A model generated the notes under the pieces. That model saw only the letters and a list, made by a program, of their open reading frames with translations. It made no database searches and had not been told where the DNA came from. From Candidatus Latescibacterota bacterium (GTDB lineage: Bacteria > Latescibacterota > UBA2968 > UBA8231): a stretch of DNA of 64,000 nucleotides. The stretch spans positions 4,160,001 through 4,224,000 of the forward strand of contig OZ242005.1 of NCBI GenBank assembly GCA_965204725.1, in the 5' to 3' direction. Shown piece after piece: positions 28,333-37,299 of the stretch; position 1 is the stretch's first letter; every line of letters begins with the position of its first letter. Position numbers and translations under genes: made by a program.

Positions 28333-30849
28333 TCAACGTCCATTGGTCCCACCCATTCGCCTAATCCCGCGTAGCGCACCGCGCTCTTCAGGGTCTATCT
28401 CCCGCGCTCGTGCGAAGGCCGCCGCGGCTCGCTCTTCATCTTTTTCGAGCAGGGCAATCGTTCCGAGCACGGTGTGCCGCCGGGCGGCAAAGCGCCGTTC
28501 GAGGGCTTGGACGACCTCCGTAGGCGTGTTGGCCGGTAGATAGGGCCGGGGGTTGGCCACTAGGTGCTCGGCCAAGCTCTTGAGCACGGGGAGGCCACCG
28601 CTGGTGCCGCGGCGGCGGCGGTCGGTAAAGCTGATGTACGGGCGGTCGTCTGTGTTGATCGACCCGCTGCCCGCGTAGGCGGCTAGCTCCTTTTCGCCCA
28701 AGACCAAGGCACTCAAAAAAGAGGGCGGATCGCCCAGATCCACCGAGCGCAAACTCACCCGCACCCCTAGCGGCTCTAGCTTGCGTTCGAGCGCAGCGTA
28801 GTCTATGTGCAATGCGCCCGGCGTGCCCAGCAGGATCGAGTACTGGTGGGTCAGCCACAGCGAAGCGTGCGGATACACGGCCCGGAAAGTCCGCAGAATC
28901 ATCTTGTAGTCCTCCACCGCCAGCCCGTGCAGCGGCAGCCACTGCGCGACCAGTCCGTCCGCGCCGACGCGCCCGCGGCAGAGCCGGTAGAACTCCTCCG
29001 TATAGAGTACCCAGCTATCGGCCGTGCCCGGATGCGTGGCGTCGCAGATGATGGCGTCGTATTGCCGCTGCGTCCGCAGTACGTGGTTGCGGCCGTCCTC
29101 GGCGACCAGTTCGATGGGGGCTTGGTCGAGGCGGGTCGCGATCTGGCGGTTGTAGCGGGCAAAGTAGGGCGCGGCTCGCGGGACGCCCGGCACCAACTCG
29201 GCGCAATCGAGTCGCACTGGCTGGTGCAATTCGGCGGCGGACAGCGTGATACCACCGCCAAAAGCAATGACCAGCACTTGGGCTGGATCGGGGTGCAAAA
29301 CCAGCGGCAAGTGCCCCAGCAAGCGGAAGGTCTGTAGCGAGGCGTAGTCCGTGGGGACCTCACCGCCCCCGTTGACCTTGAGGATCCGCACACCGTCTTG
29401 TTTCTGGTGGACCGAGACCGTGGCACCAGCCCCCTCGTCCCAGTAGAGCAAGCGGCTGTTTGGCTCGGACCAGTGGAACAGCTCGACGAAGAGGCCAGCC
29501 GGCAAGAGCAGCGTCAGGGCCAAGCCTAGGGCCAAGCCGCAGGTCGTGCGCACGGCCTTTTTGCGCGGCGGTGCCGCTGGGTCCAGCGCCAAAACCACCG
29601 CACCGATGGCGATATTGACCCACGCCAACACCCCGATGCTCCGGTAAGTGCCCAGCAGCGGCAGCAGCACAAACCCGGCGACCAGTGCGCCGCCAATGGC
29701 CCCCAGCGTATTGGCGGCGTACACCGTGCCGACGCCGCGCCCCAGCTGTTCAATCCGCCGGATGCACACCTTGGCCGCAATGGGGAAGAGCAGCCCCATC
29801 AGCAGGGTCGCCGGGAGCATTACGACGAAGGCCGCGACGAACAGCTTGGACAGATGGCCTTCCCACGAGAGGGCACTACCCCACGCCTCGACGATATAGG
29901 GTATGCTACCAAAGGCGGCAATCGAGCTTAGGCCGCACAGCCCGATGAGCAGCTCTACCGCGCCAAAGGCCGCAAGCGGCGCACGCCAGCGATCGATCCA
30001 GCGCGCTCCGAGCGCGGCTCCACCAGCCAAGCCGAGTAGGAAGGCGACGAGGATCGTGCTCAGGCTTTGGGCGGTGGCACTTTGCAGGAGCATCGCCAAA
30101 AGCCGCGTCCACAGCACCTCGTATCCGAGGGCCACAAATCCCGAAAGCGCAAATCCCCCCAAGACCAGCCGCCCCTCTAAGGTGGCTGGGGCGGCATCCC
30201 GCTCTACGCCCGTTTGCTCTGGCTGGCCGTCGCGGCTCCAGCTCCAGCCATAGGCGACTACGGCGATGAGCAGGTTGCCGGCCGCCGCCGCGTAGGTGGT
30301 GCCCCTGACTCCGAGGTGTTCGAGCGCGAAAAAGGCGGCCACCGCGCATCCTGTGGCCGCGCCTAGGGTATTGGCTGCATATAGGCGTCCCATATCCTCG
30401 CCGACGCGCCCTAGACGATGCGCCACGGCTTTGCTCAGCGTCGGCAGAGTGGCCCCCATGAGGGTAGTCGGCACCAAGAGCAGCGCGAACGCGAGCAGCA
30501 AGCGGACTAGCACAAAAGCCCCGTCTATACCTTGCAGAGAGCCGTATAGTGCCGTGTATATCTCATCTAAGCCCGCAAGCAAAAGCGGGAATATCAGAGC
30601 GAAGACGCCTATGCCCAGTTCCAACAGCGCGTAGAGCCGCAAGCCGTTGCTCCGGCGGTCGGCAACCCGTCCGCACCAGTAGCTGCCCAAGGCGAGACCG
30701 GCCATGAAGGCGGCTAGGACCGTGCTGACGGCAAAGGTGCTGACGCCGAACACGGGCATCAACATACGCACCCAGACGACTTGATAGACGAGGGAGCTGG
30801 CTCCAGAAAAAAAGAACAGGATCAGCGGGGCTAGGGGGAGTTTGCTCAT
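28333..30849 (-). CDS. Fused membrane (MFS-like) / spermidine synthase-like SAM-dependent transferase
   Basis: Many TM helices (FFSGASSLVYQVVWVRML, LYAANTLGA); VLVIAFGGGIT, EDGRNHV, YDAIICDATHP, INTDDRPYI; short TPR tail. Confidence 0.85.
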   Translation of the reverse strand: MSKLPLAPLILFFFSGASSLVYQVVWVRMLMPVFGVSTFAVSTVLAAFMAGLALGSYWCGRVADRRSNGLRLYALLELGIGVFALIFPLLLAGLDEIYTALYGSLQGIDGAFVLVRLLLAFALLLVPTTLMGATLPTLSKAVAHRLGRVGEDMGRLYAANTLGAATGCAVAAFFALEHLGVRGTTYAAAAGNLLIAVVAYGWSWSRDGQPEQTGVERDAAPATLEGRLVLGGFALSGFVALGYEVLWTRLLAMLLQSATAQSLSTILVAFLLGLAGGAALGARWIDRWRAPLAAFGAVELLIGLCGLSSIAAFGSIPYIVEAWGSALSWEGHLSKLFVAAFVVMLPATLLMGLLFPIAAKVCIRRIEQLGRGVGTVYAANTLGAIGGALVAGFVLLPLLGTYRSIGVLAWVNIAIGAVVLALDPAAPPRKKAVRTTCGLALGLALTLLLPAGLFVELFHWSEPNSRLLYWDEGAGATVSVHQKQDGVRILKVNGGGEVPTDYASLQTFRLLGHLPLVLHPDPAQVLVIAFGGGITLSAAELHQPVRLDCAELVPGVPRAAPYFARYNRQIATRLDQAPIELVAEDGRNHVLRTQRQYDAIICDATHPGTADSWVLYTEEFYRLCRGRVGADGLVAQWLPLHGLAVEDYKMILRTFRAVYPHASLWLTHQYSILLGTPGALHIDYAALERKLEPLGVRVSLRSVDLGDPPSFLSALVLGEKELAAYAGSGSINTDDRPYISFTDRRRRGTSGGLPVLKSLAEHLVANPRPYLPANTPTEVVQALERRFAARRHTVLGTIALLEKDEERAAAAFARAREIDPEERGALRGIRRMGGTNGR

Positions 30850-31271
30850 AGCCGACTCTTTGTATGGCAATCCGCAGTCATTTATAAATGATAAGCATGG
30901 GTTGATTCCCCAACACGTTCAAAAAGTCATTCTGGCGCGATCCAGAATTCAGGGGGACGGTCTAAGTTGCGATTTTTGAACCAAGTTCGCACCGAGCAAT
31001 TTCGCGCTATTTACGCTCTTGAGTAAAATTACTCAGTCTTGGCGCGCTATCTCGATTTGCTCGCGAGCGCCGACTTGCTTGCCGATCATCGTTTTCAATC
31101 GGCTGGTGGAGTCGTTGACCGCAAACACTTGACAGGGTGCCGGTGATACGACACGTTAGGCACGACTAGCTTCTTGTGTCCCCCTTAGAAGCGAACGTTT
31201 CTTAGATCGGGTTCGCATCAGCCAAAGCTCTTGCTCGCTGGAAATACGGACGCGAAACTGCAAGGACAACG

Positions 31272-32051
31272 ATGGCATACGAAACACAAAGTTTCAAAAT
31301 TCCCAATCAGTCCGATGATTACTCGGAGTGCTCGAGTTTCGTCACGACCACTATTGAAGCGATCATCAAAGAAGCGATTGAACAGAGAAAAAACAAAATT
31401 TTTATTAATACAAATTTGAAGCGAGGTCTCCCGATGGAGAATATCAATAAAATCGCTGGGCCGTTTATTGAAGCATGGGCTGCCCAAACGTTTTATGATG
31501 CTCTTGAAGATAATAACAATAAATATCAACTGATTAATGTGGAAGCAGTTGAACGCCTACATATAGCGGATATCATATTACAGTTCCAGAAACAGAGAAA
31601 AATTGAAAGTGGAGTGACAGCAGAGATCGATGTTAAGGCAACAGCGGAAGACATAGAATCTAGCGGCAAGTCACCGAATATCACTTCATACGCTCGTATT
31701 CGTACCGCCTATATCGAAGACCCCGATTATATATTCGTCATCCTGTCTTTGAAACACCGTGTGTATTCAAAGCGCAGCAAAACCACAGGGTTAATGGACG
31801 GAATTATGGAGGTTGTTGCGTATAACGCTTACGATCTAAAATATCTTTCTTCAAGCGACATTAGCTATAACCCTGCACTTGGAACGGGACAAATCCAAGT
31901 ACGGGATATTCACTATGTTGAACTTGAAGAAAGAACCACATGGGAATTTTGTCAGTTACTCGATCGGAAATACCTTCAGTCTGCCCGGAGGTCATTTGAT
32001 CAATGGCTTGAATTAGCCAATAAAAATGGATGGATAAAATCCAGTGATTGA
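31272..32051 (+). CDS. Putative type II restriction endonuclease (PD-(D/E)xK)
   Basis: AT-rich; IADIIL...AEIDVKAT catalytic-type motif; overlaps the methyltransferase gene. Confidence 0.7.
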   Translation: MAYETQSFKIPNQSDDYSECSSFVTTTIEAIIKEAIEQRKNKIFINTNLKRGLPMENINKIAGPFIEAWAAQTFYDALEDNNNKYQLINVEAVERLHIADIILQFQKQRKIESGVTAEIDVKATAEDIESSGKSPNITSYARIRTAYIEDPDYIFVILSLKHRVYSKRSKTTGLMDGIMEVVAYNAYDLKYLSSSDISYNPALGTGQIQVRDIHYVELEERTTWEFCQLLDRKYLQSARRSFDQWLELANKNGWIKSSD

Positions 32052-32985
32052 ACAAAAAATAATCTTGGGAGAGGCCGTCTCTGAAATGCAAAAGATCGGC
32101 TCTGAGACTTTTGATCTTATCATTGCCGATCCCCCTTATAATTTGGGAAAAGACTATGGCAATAATCGTGATACTAAAGGCTTTGAAGAATATTTGGCAT
32201 TCTCAAAAAATTGGATCAAAGAAGCCCATAGACTCCTAAAGGCCGATGGAACGATTTATGTTTTTATGGGATTCCGGTTTATTTCTTCTCTGTACGATCT
32301 ATTAGATAGAGAATTTGGAATGTTCTTCAATAGCTGGATCGTGTGGCACTATACGCAAGGGATAGGTAAAAAGAGGGGCTTCTCTCCTCGCCACGACGAT
32401 ATTCTAATGTTCACAAAAACAAAAAATTTTATTTTTAATTTAGATGATATTCGCGTACCGCAAAAATACTATCGTGAGCGCAACAACATGCGAGGGGCAA
32501 ATCCAGGCGATGTTTGGGAGTTTTCGCACATTCACTACTGTAATGAGAATAGGCAGAATCATCCAACTCAAAAACCGGAAGGGCTAATGGAGCGAATGAT
32601 ACTGGCTTCAAGTAATGAAGGATCGCTGGTTCTCGACCCATTCCTAGGTAGTGGAACCACACTTAGAGTATGCCAACAACTCAACCGAGTCGGCGTCGGG
32701 ATTGAATTGAACCCTGACTACATAGAAATGTCGCAAGACCGCTTGCAAAAGGAGTTTGTAGGATTCGATAGTATTGATCCAAGGATGGAACGCGTTCCCC
32801 TTGATTTGCGTAACGAGTCTATTAGAAAGGCGTATCTTGAAAATCATAAACATTGGTTCTTGCGCGGCCACGAGAACGCTCTTAGAGACTTTGAGAAATC
32901 CATTGAGTCTCTTTATCCAAATAAGCCGAAAAAACCGAAAAAACTGACATTACTCGAACAAAAAGAGCAATATAAGACCCAATGA
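32044..32985 (+). CDS. Site-specific DNA methyltransferase, N4-C/N6-A beta class
   Basis: Motif IV DPPY precedes HPTQKPEGL and motif I LDPFLGSGTT. Confidence 0.92.
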   Translation: MIEQKIILGEAVSEMQKIGSETFDLIIADPPYNLGKDYGNNRDTKGFEEYLAFSKNWIKEAHRLLKADGTIYVFMGFRFISSLYDLLDREFGMFFNSWIVWHYTQGIGKKRGFSPRHDDILMFTKTKNFIFNLDDIRVPQKYYRERNNMRGANPGDVWEFSHIHYCNENRQNHPTQKPEGLMERMILASSNEGSLVLDPFLGSGTTLRVCQQLNRVGVGIELNPDYIEMSQDRLQKEFVGFDSIDPRMERVPLDLRNESIRKAYLENHKHWFLRGHENALRDFEKSIESLYPNKPKKPKKLTLLEQKEQYKTQ

Positions 32986-33023
32986 GAGGACGCCGGATCT
33001 CATAATGGACCAACACCCATAGC

Positions 33024-33854
33024 CTAAAGGCCGATCTGCTCGGCGGGCGCGTTGGGCATGCCCGGATGCGAGCCGCCGGCGTTTTTGGCGAGGTTGCCGC
33101 CGTCTAGAGGGAGCATCGCACCGGTGATCCAAGCCGAGGCGGCCGAGGCGAGGAAAATCGCTGCCCCCTTGATGTCGTTGGAGTCGCCAAGGCGGCCCAT
33201 GGGGAGGCCGCGCAAATAGGTTTCGCCCAGCGCGGGATCCGCGGCGATGCGCTCTTTGAGGTCCGCGTTCATTAGCTGGGCGCAGACAATGGCGTTGACG
33301 CGCACGCCCTTGGCGGCCCACTCCGTGCTCAGTTCGCGGGTCATCTGCGCGGCACCGGCCATGCCCATGCTGTACGCGAGGTGGTTGCGGCCGAGGGCGT
33401 TGATGCCGGCGATCGACACGAGGTTGATGATGCTGCCGCCGTCGCCCGAGGCCATCATGCGCCGGCCGGCCTCTTGACAACAGACCAAGCGGCCAACGAC
33501 GAGGTTTTGCAGGGTAAACTCGACCTGTTCGGGCGTCAGGTCGAGCGGGGTATTGCGCCGCGCATTGCCGGCAACGTTGCCGACGATGTCAATGCGACCA
33601 CACTCTGCGTCTATCAATTCAAACAGGGTGCGGATCTGATCGGGTTGGGACATGTCGCACGTCACCGGGAGGACGCGGCGGCCCAAGGCACCCATTTCGC
33701 GAGCCGCTGTGGCCAAGCCATCGGCGTTGAGGTCAGCCAAGACGAGGTCGGCCCCTGCTTCGGCAAAGCCCGTAGCCATGGCCTTGCCGAGGCCACGAGC
33801 CGCACCCGAGACTAAGGCGACGCGATTGGATAGGTCGAAGAGTGGATGGGACAT
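33024..33854 (-). CDS. SDR family oxidoreductase (gluconate 5-dehydrogenase/FabG-like)
   Basis: SGAARGLG, GSIINLVS, GVRVNAI, LPLDGG; catalytic YxxxK appears as YSMGM. Confidence 0.85.
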   Translation of the reverse strand: MSHPLFDLSNRVALVSGAARGLGKAMATGFAEAGADLVLADLNADGLATAAREMGALGRRVLPVTCDMSQPDQIRTLFELIDAECGRIDIVGNVAGNARRNTPLDLTPEQVEFTLQNLVVGRLVCCQEAGRRMMASGDGGSIINLVSIAGINALGRNHLAYSMGMAGAAQMTRELSTEWAAKGVRVNAIVCAQLMNADLKERIAADPALGETYLRGLPMGRLGDSNDIKGAAIFLASAASAWITGAMLPLDGGNLAKNAGGSHPGMPNAPAEQIGL

Positions 33855-33998
33855 GACAGCCTCCTGACTTTGTTGGGCTTCAGAACATAGGGGCACGAGT
33901 AGCCGAGGCCAAGCCCTGCTGAGCTTGCGGCGATTTGTTCGCACGCTCTATATTTGCTGCCGCAAAAGCCAATATGACCCCTGCCAGAGGAGGATTCG

Positions 33999-34370
33999 AT
34001 GGTACACAAAATCCACAAGATCGCGGTCATAACTGATGATATTGAAGGAGCCGTGGCGTTTTACACGCAGAAACTGGGGCTGACCGTGGTGGAGCGCTTT
34101 GCAACCGAGGACGACGAAGACTATGTCTTCCTCGACGCCGGCGGTATCCTGCTCGAACTCATGCCGCAAAAGACGGTGGAGCAGGCCCCCGGCTTCCACC
34201 ACATCTCTTTTGCGGTTGATAGTGTGGAGGACAGCGCACAGGAGTTGAAGGACAAGGGGGTCACCATCACCAAGGAGCCTTTTGACGTCGGCGGAGGGAC
34301 CGGTATTACCTTGGGGTTTTTCGAGGGGCCGAACCAACTGAACCTACAACTCTTCCACCGCGAGCAATGA
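33999..34370 (+). CDS. VOC/glyoxalase family protein
   Basis: IAVITDDIEGAVAFYTQKLG, LELM, GFHHISFAVDSVE, FFEGP. Confidence 0.85.
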   Translation: MVHKIHKIAVITDDIEGAVAFYTQKLGLTVVERFATEDDEDYVFLDAGGILLELMPQKTVEQAPGFHHISFAVDSVEDSAQELKDKGVTITKEPFDVGGGTGITLGFFEGPNQLNLQLFHREQ

Positions 34371-34377
34371 GGCCGTC

Positions 34378-35196
34378 ATGCGCGTAGCGAGAGCCGACCG
34401 GGCGAACATGCAGGAACTGAGCGACGTCCACGGCGGCACCGGGACGATCCTCTTCAATAGCCTGTGGGGCCGCGCCGATTTTGAGACGCCCTTCGCCTTC
34501 GTCCACAGCGCGATCCTCTTGCCCGGCGGCGGGATTGGCTACCACCGACACGACGACAGCGAGGAAATTTTCATCGCCATTGACAACGCCTCGCAGTTCA
34601 CCCACAACGGGCGCACGGCCCTAGTCGAGGGCGGGGCCGCAGTGCCTTTGCGCTCGGGCGAAACCCACGCCATCTACAACCACACCGACCGCGAGACGCG
34701 CTGGTTCAACGTCCACTGTGTAGTTCCCGGCGGCACTCCCAAATCAACCGATCTGGGCGACGATCGGGTCGGTGCTGAATTGGAATCCACCGACCGCCTG
34801 CCGGTGGGGCGGCTGGACCGCACGGCCCTGAAATACGGCCAAGCGCACGGCGGCCAAGGCAACGTCGGCGGCCGATGTATATGGGGGCCGGAGGATTTCC
34901 GCAGCAATTTCTACAGTTTGGTCCACTGCCTGTTGCCGCCGGGCACATCGCTCGGCTACCACCGGCACGAAGGCGTCGAGGAGGTCTATATCATCATCGA
35001 GGGCAGTGGGCGGATGACAGTGGACGAGGAGACGCAGGAGGTCGCTCAGTGGGACGCGATTCCCAGTCGGCTGGGAGGCAGCCACGGCCTCTATAACCAC
35101 ACGCGAGAACATCTCGAATTGTTGGTCGTCGCCGTCTGTGCCGAGAAGGGGCAGTTCGACTCAACGGACCTCGGCGACGATCTAAGCCAACGCTAA
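34378..35196 (+). CDS. Bicupin protein
   Basis: Two internal repeats: GYHRHDDSEE...HAIYNHT...STDLGDD and GYHRHEGVEE...HGLYNHT...STDLGDD. Confidence 0.85.
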   Translation: MRVARADRANMQELSDVHGGTGTILFNSLWGRADFETPFAFVHSAILLPGGGIGYHRHDDSEEIFIAIDNASQFTHNGRTALVEGGAAVPLRSGETHAIYNHTDRETRWFNVHCVVPGGTPKSTDLGDDRVGAELESTDRLPVGRLDRTALKYGQAHGGQGNVGGRCIWGPEDFRSNFYSLVHCLLPPGTSLGYHRHEGVEEVYIIIEGSGRMTVDEETQEVAQWDAIPSRLGGSHGLYNHTREHLELLVVAVCAEKGQFDSTDLGDDLSQR

Positions 35197-35214
35197 CAGA
35201 AAGGACCAATCCTT

Positions 35215-36012
35215 ATGGCATCCGTGAAGATCACTTTTATCGGCCACGCTTCTTTTCGCTTTGAGTCCGACAAAGGCTCAGTCACTTACTTCGACGCTTG
35301 GCTCGACGACAATCCCACGGCCAAGATGAAGCTCAGTCAGGTTAAAGAAGCCGACATCGTCATCGCCAGCCACGGCCACAGCGACCACATCGGCGATTCC
35401 TACGAGATATGCAAGCGCACCAAGGCCAAGTTCGTCGGCAACTACGAGCTGTGCTCGGTCGCCGAGACCGTGCATGGGCTCAAGATGGGCTCGCGGGCGT
35501 TGTCGATGAACCCCGGCGGCGCAGTCAAGGTCAAGGACGCCACGATCACCATGGTACAGGGCCACCACTCCCAGTCGCTATCGCCGCACGTGATCGGCGG
35601 CGAGCTGCCGGCGGGGCTGCTCTTCCATCCCGACAGCGCAGTCAACGGCTTCGTCGTGGCTTATAACAACGGCATCTCCATCTACGACACGGCCGATACC
35701 TGCTTGTTCAGCGATATGCAGCTCATCGGCCAGATGTACGGACCGCAGATCGCGATTATGCCGGTGGGCGGGCAGTACACCATGGGGATCCGCGAGGCGG
35801 CGCGGGCGGCAAGCCTGATTCGCCCCGACATCGTCATTCCCTGCCACTACGGGCCGATTATGAAGCAACCGGCTGACATCGGCGCGTTGAGCGAAGCGGT
35901 GAAGTTTCTCTCGCCGAATACTAAGGTGGTAGAGATGCAGCCCGGGCAGACGCTGACCTATACGGCGAGTACCTATCGGATCGGTCGCCCAGGTGCTCGG
36001 CGCAAGCAGTAG
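35215..36012 (+). CDS. Metallo-beta-lactamase-fold hydrolase (UPF0173-like)
   Basis: GHASF, SHGHSDHIGD, DTCLFSDM, MPVGG.YTMG, IPCHY. Confidence 0.88.
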   Translation: MASVKITFIGHASFRFESDKGSVTYFDAWLDDNPTAKMKLSQVKEADIVIASHGHSDHIGDSYEICKRTKAKFVGNYELCSVAETVHGLKMGSRALSMNPGGAVKVKDATITMVQGHHSQSLSPHVIGGELPAGLLFHPDSAVNGFVVAYNNGISIYDTADTCLFSDMQLIGQMYGPQIAIMPVGGQYTMGIREAARAASLIRPDIVIPCHYGPIMKQPADIGALSEAVKFLSPNTKVVEMQPGQTLTYTASTYRIGRPGARRKQ

Positions 36013-36077
36013 GTCGGCACCAACCCTGTTCTCCTTTCCGCAACGGACCGTCCATCTGTAACCAAAGGATTACTGCC

Positions 36078-37202
36078 ATGTCGAGCACTCAAGCCCCCAT
36101 CGGTCCCAACGATGCGATTAAGGTCACCCAGATCGAGACGTTCGTCCTCAAAAACTCTTGGGTTTTCGTCAAAGTTTCGACGGACGCGGGCATTGCCGGT
36201 TGGGGCGAAATGCTCAAGGACGACGCCAAAGCCTGTGCGGCGGGTGCGCTCGAAGTTGCCGCTTACCTAGTGGGTAAAGACCCCCGTCCAGTCACCCACC
36301 ACTGGCAAGCCATTCACCGCGGTGCCTTCTATCGCGGCGGCCCGATCAAAACCGCGATTTCCTCCGGCATTGATATGGCCCTTTGGGACATCGCCGGAAA
36401 ATGCTATGGCGTGCCTGTGTACAAACTGCTCGGCGGTCCTACGCGCGAGCGGATTCGGGTCTATGGCGAAGTGAGCGAGCAGACCGGGGTCAACGCCATG
36501 AAGGTGGGGCCGGGCACGTCGCGTTCCCCCTTCAAATACATCGAGGGGCAAAAGTTCGTCGATGAGGTCGTCGAGCGGTTCAAGGCGCTCCGCGAACAAC
36601 ACGGCTCCGGCGTTGATATAGCCGTTGACTTTCACGGCGCGGTGCAGCCTCCGACCGCCCTGCTGCTCATCAAAGCACTCGAACCGTATCATCCTTGGTT
36701 CTACGAGGAAGTTGTGCAGGCCCTCAACGTCGATGTCATGGCCGAGCTCGCCGAAAAGACCCACATCCCCATTGCCACTGGCGAGCGCATCTTTACCAAG
36801 TGGGGGTTCAAGGAAATTCTCGAAAAGCGCGCCGCCCACATCCTCCAACCGGATGTTTGCTATGCCGGCGGCATCACCGAATTGAAGATCATCGCCGGCA
36901 TGGCCGAGGCGTACTACTCGCCGCTGGCCCCGCACAATCCCCAAGGCCCCTGTTCGCTGGCCGCGAGTTTGCAGGTGGCCGCTGCCATCCCCAACTTTCT
37001 CATCCAAGAGCGCGGCGACAACGAATACGCAGACCTGCTCGCCAAACCCTTGACCCCGGTCACCAACGGCCACCGACCCCTGCCCACCGATCCCGGTCTC
37101 GGCATCACCATCGACGAAGCCAAGCTCAGGGACCAAGTCGGCGAACCGCGCCCCTACCAAGCCCGCCTTGACCCCGACGACGGGTCGGTCGTGGACTGGT
37201 AG
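36078..37202 (+). CDS. Galactonate dehydratase-like enolase-superfamily enzyme
   Basis: GWGE, FYRGGP, IDMALWDIAGK..GVPVYKLLGG, VDFHG, IATGER, LQPD..GGITE, APHNPQGP. Confidence 0.85.
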   Translation: MSSTQAPIGPNDAIKVTQIETFVLKNSWVFVKVSTDAGIAGWGEMLKDDAKACAAGALEVAAYLVGKDPRPVTHHWQAIHRGAFYRGGPIKTAISSGIDMALWDIAGKCYGVPVYKLLGGPTRERIRVYGEVSEQTGVNAMKVGPGTSRSPFKYIEGQKFVDEVVERFKALREQHGSGVDIAVDFHGAVQPPTALLLIKALEPYHPWFYEEVVQALNVDVMAELAEKTHIPIATGERIFTKWGFKEILEKRAAHILQPDVCYAGGITELKIIAGMAEAYYSPLAPHNPQGPCSLAASLQVAAAIPNFLIQERGDNEYADLLAKPLTPVTNGHRPLPTDPGLGITIDEAKLRDQVGEPRPYQARLDPDDGSVVDW

Positions 37203-37299
37203 GAATGCCATGACACAAACTGAGCGATGTGCCTGCTATCGCGTCCAGCACTGCGGATAGGTCAGGGTGCCGGGGCTAGGTTCTTTCAACGAGACCACG

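Noticed and set aside
30917-30981. GTTCAAAAA...TTTTTGAAC inverted repeat
   Set aside because: Only 9 bp, low complexity, no target duplication identified
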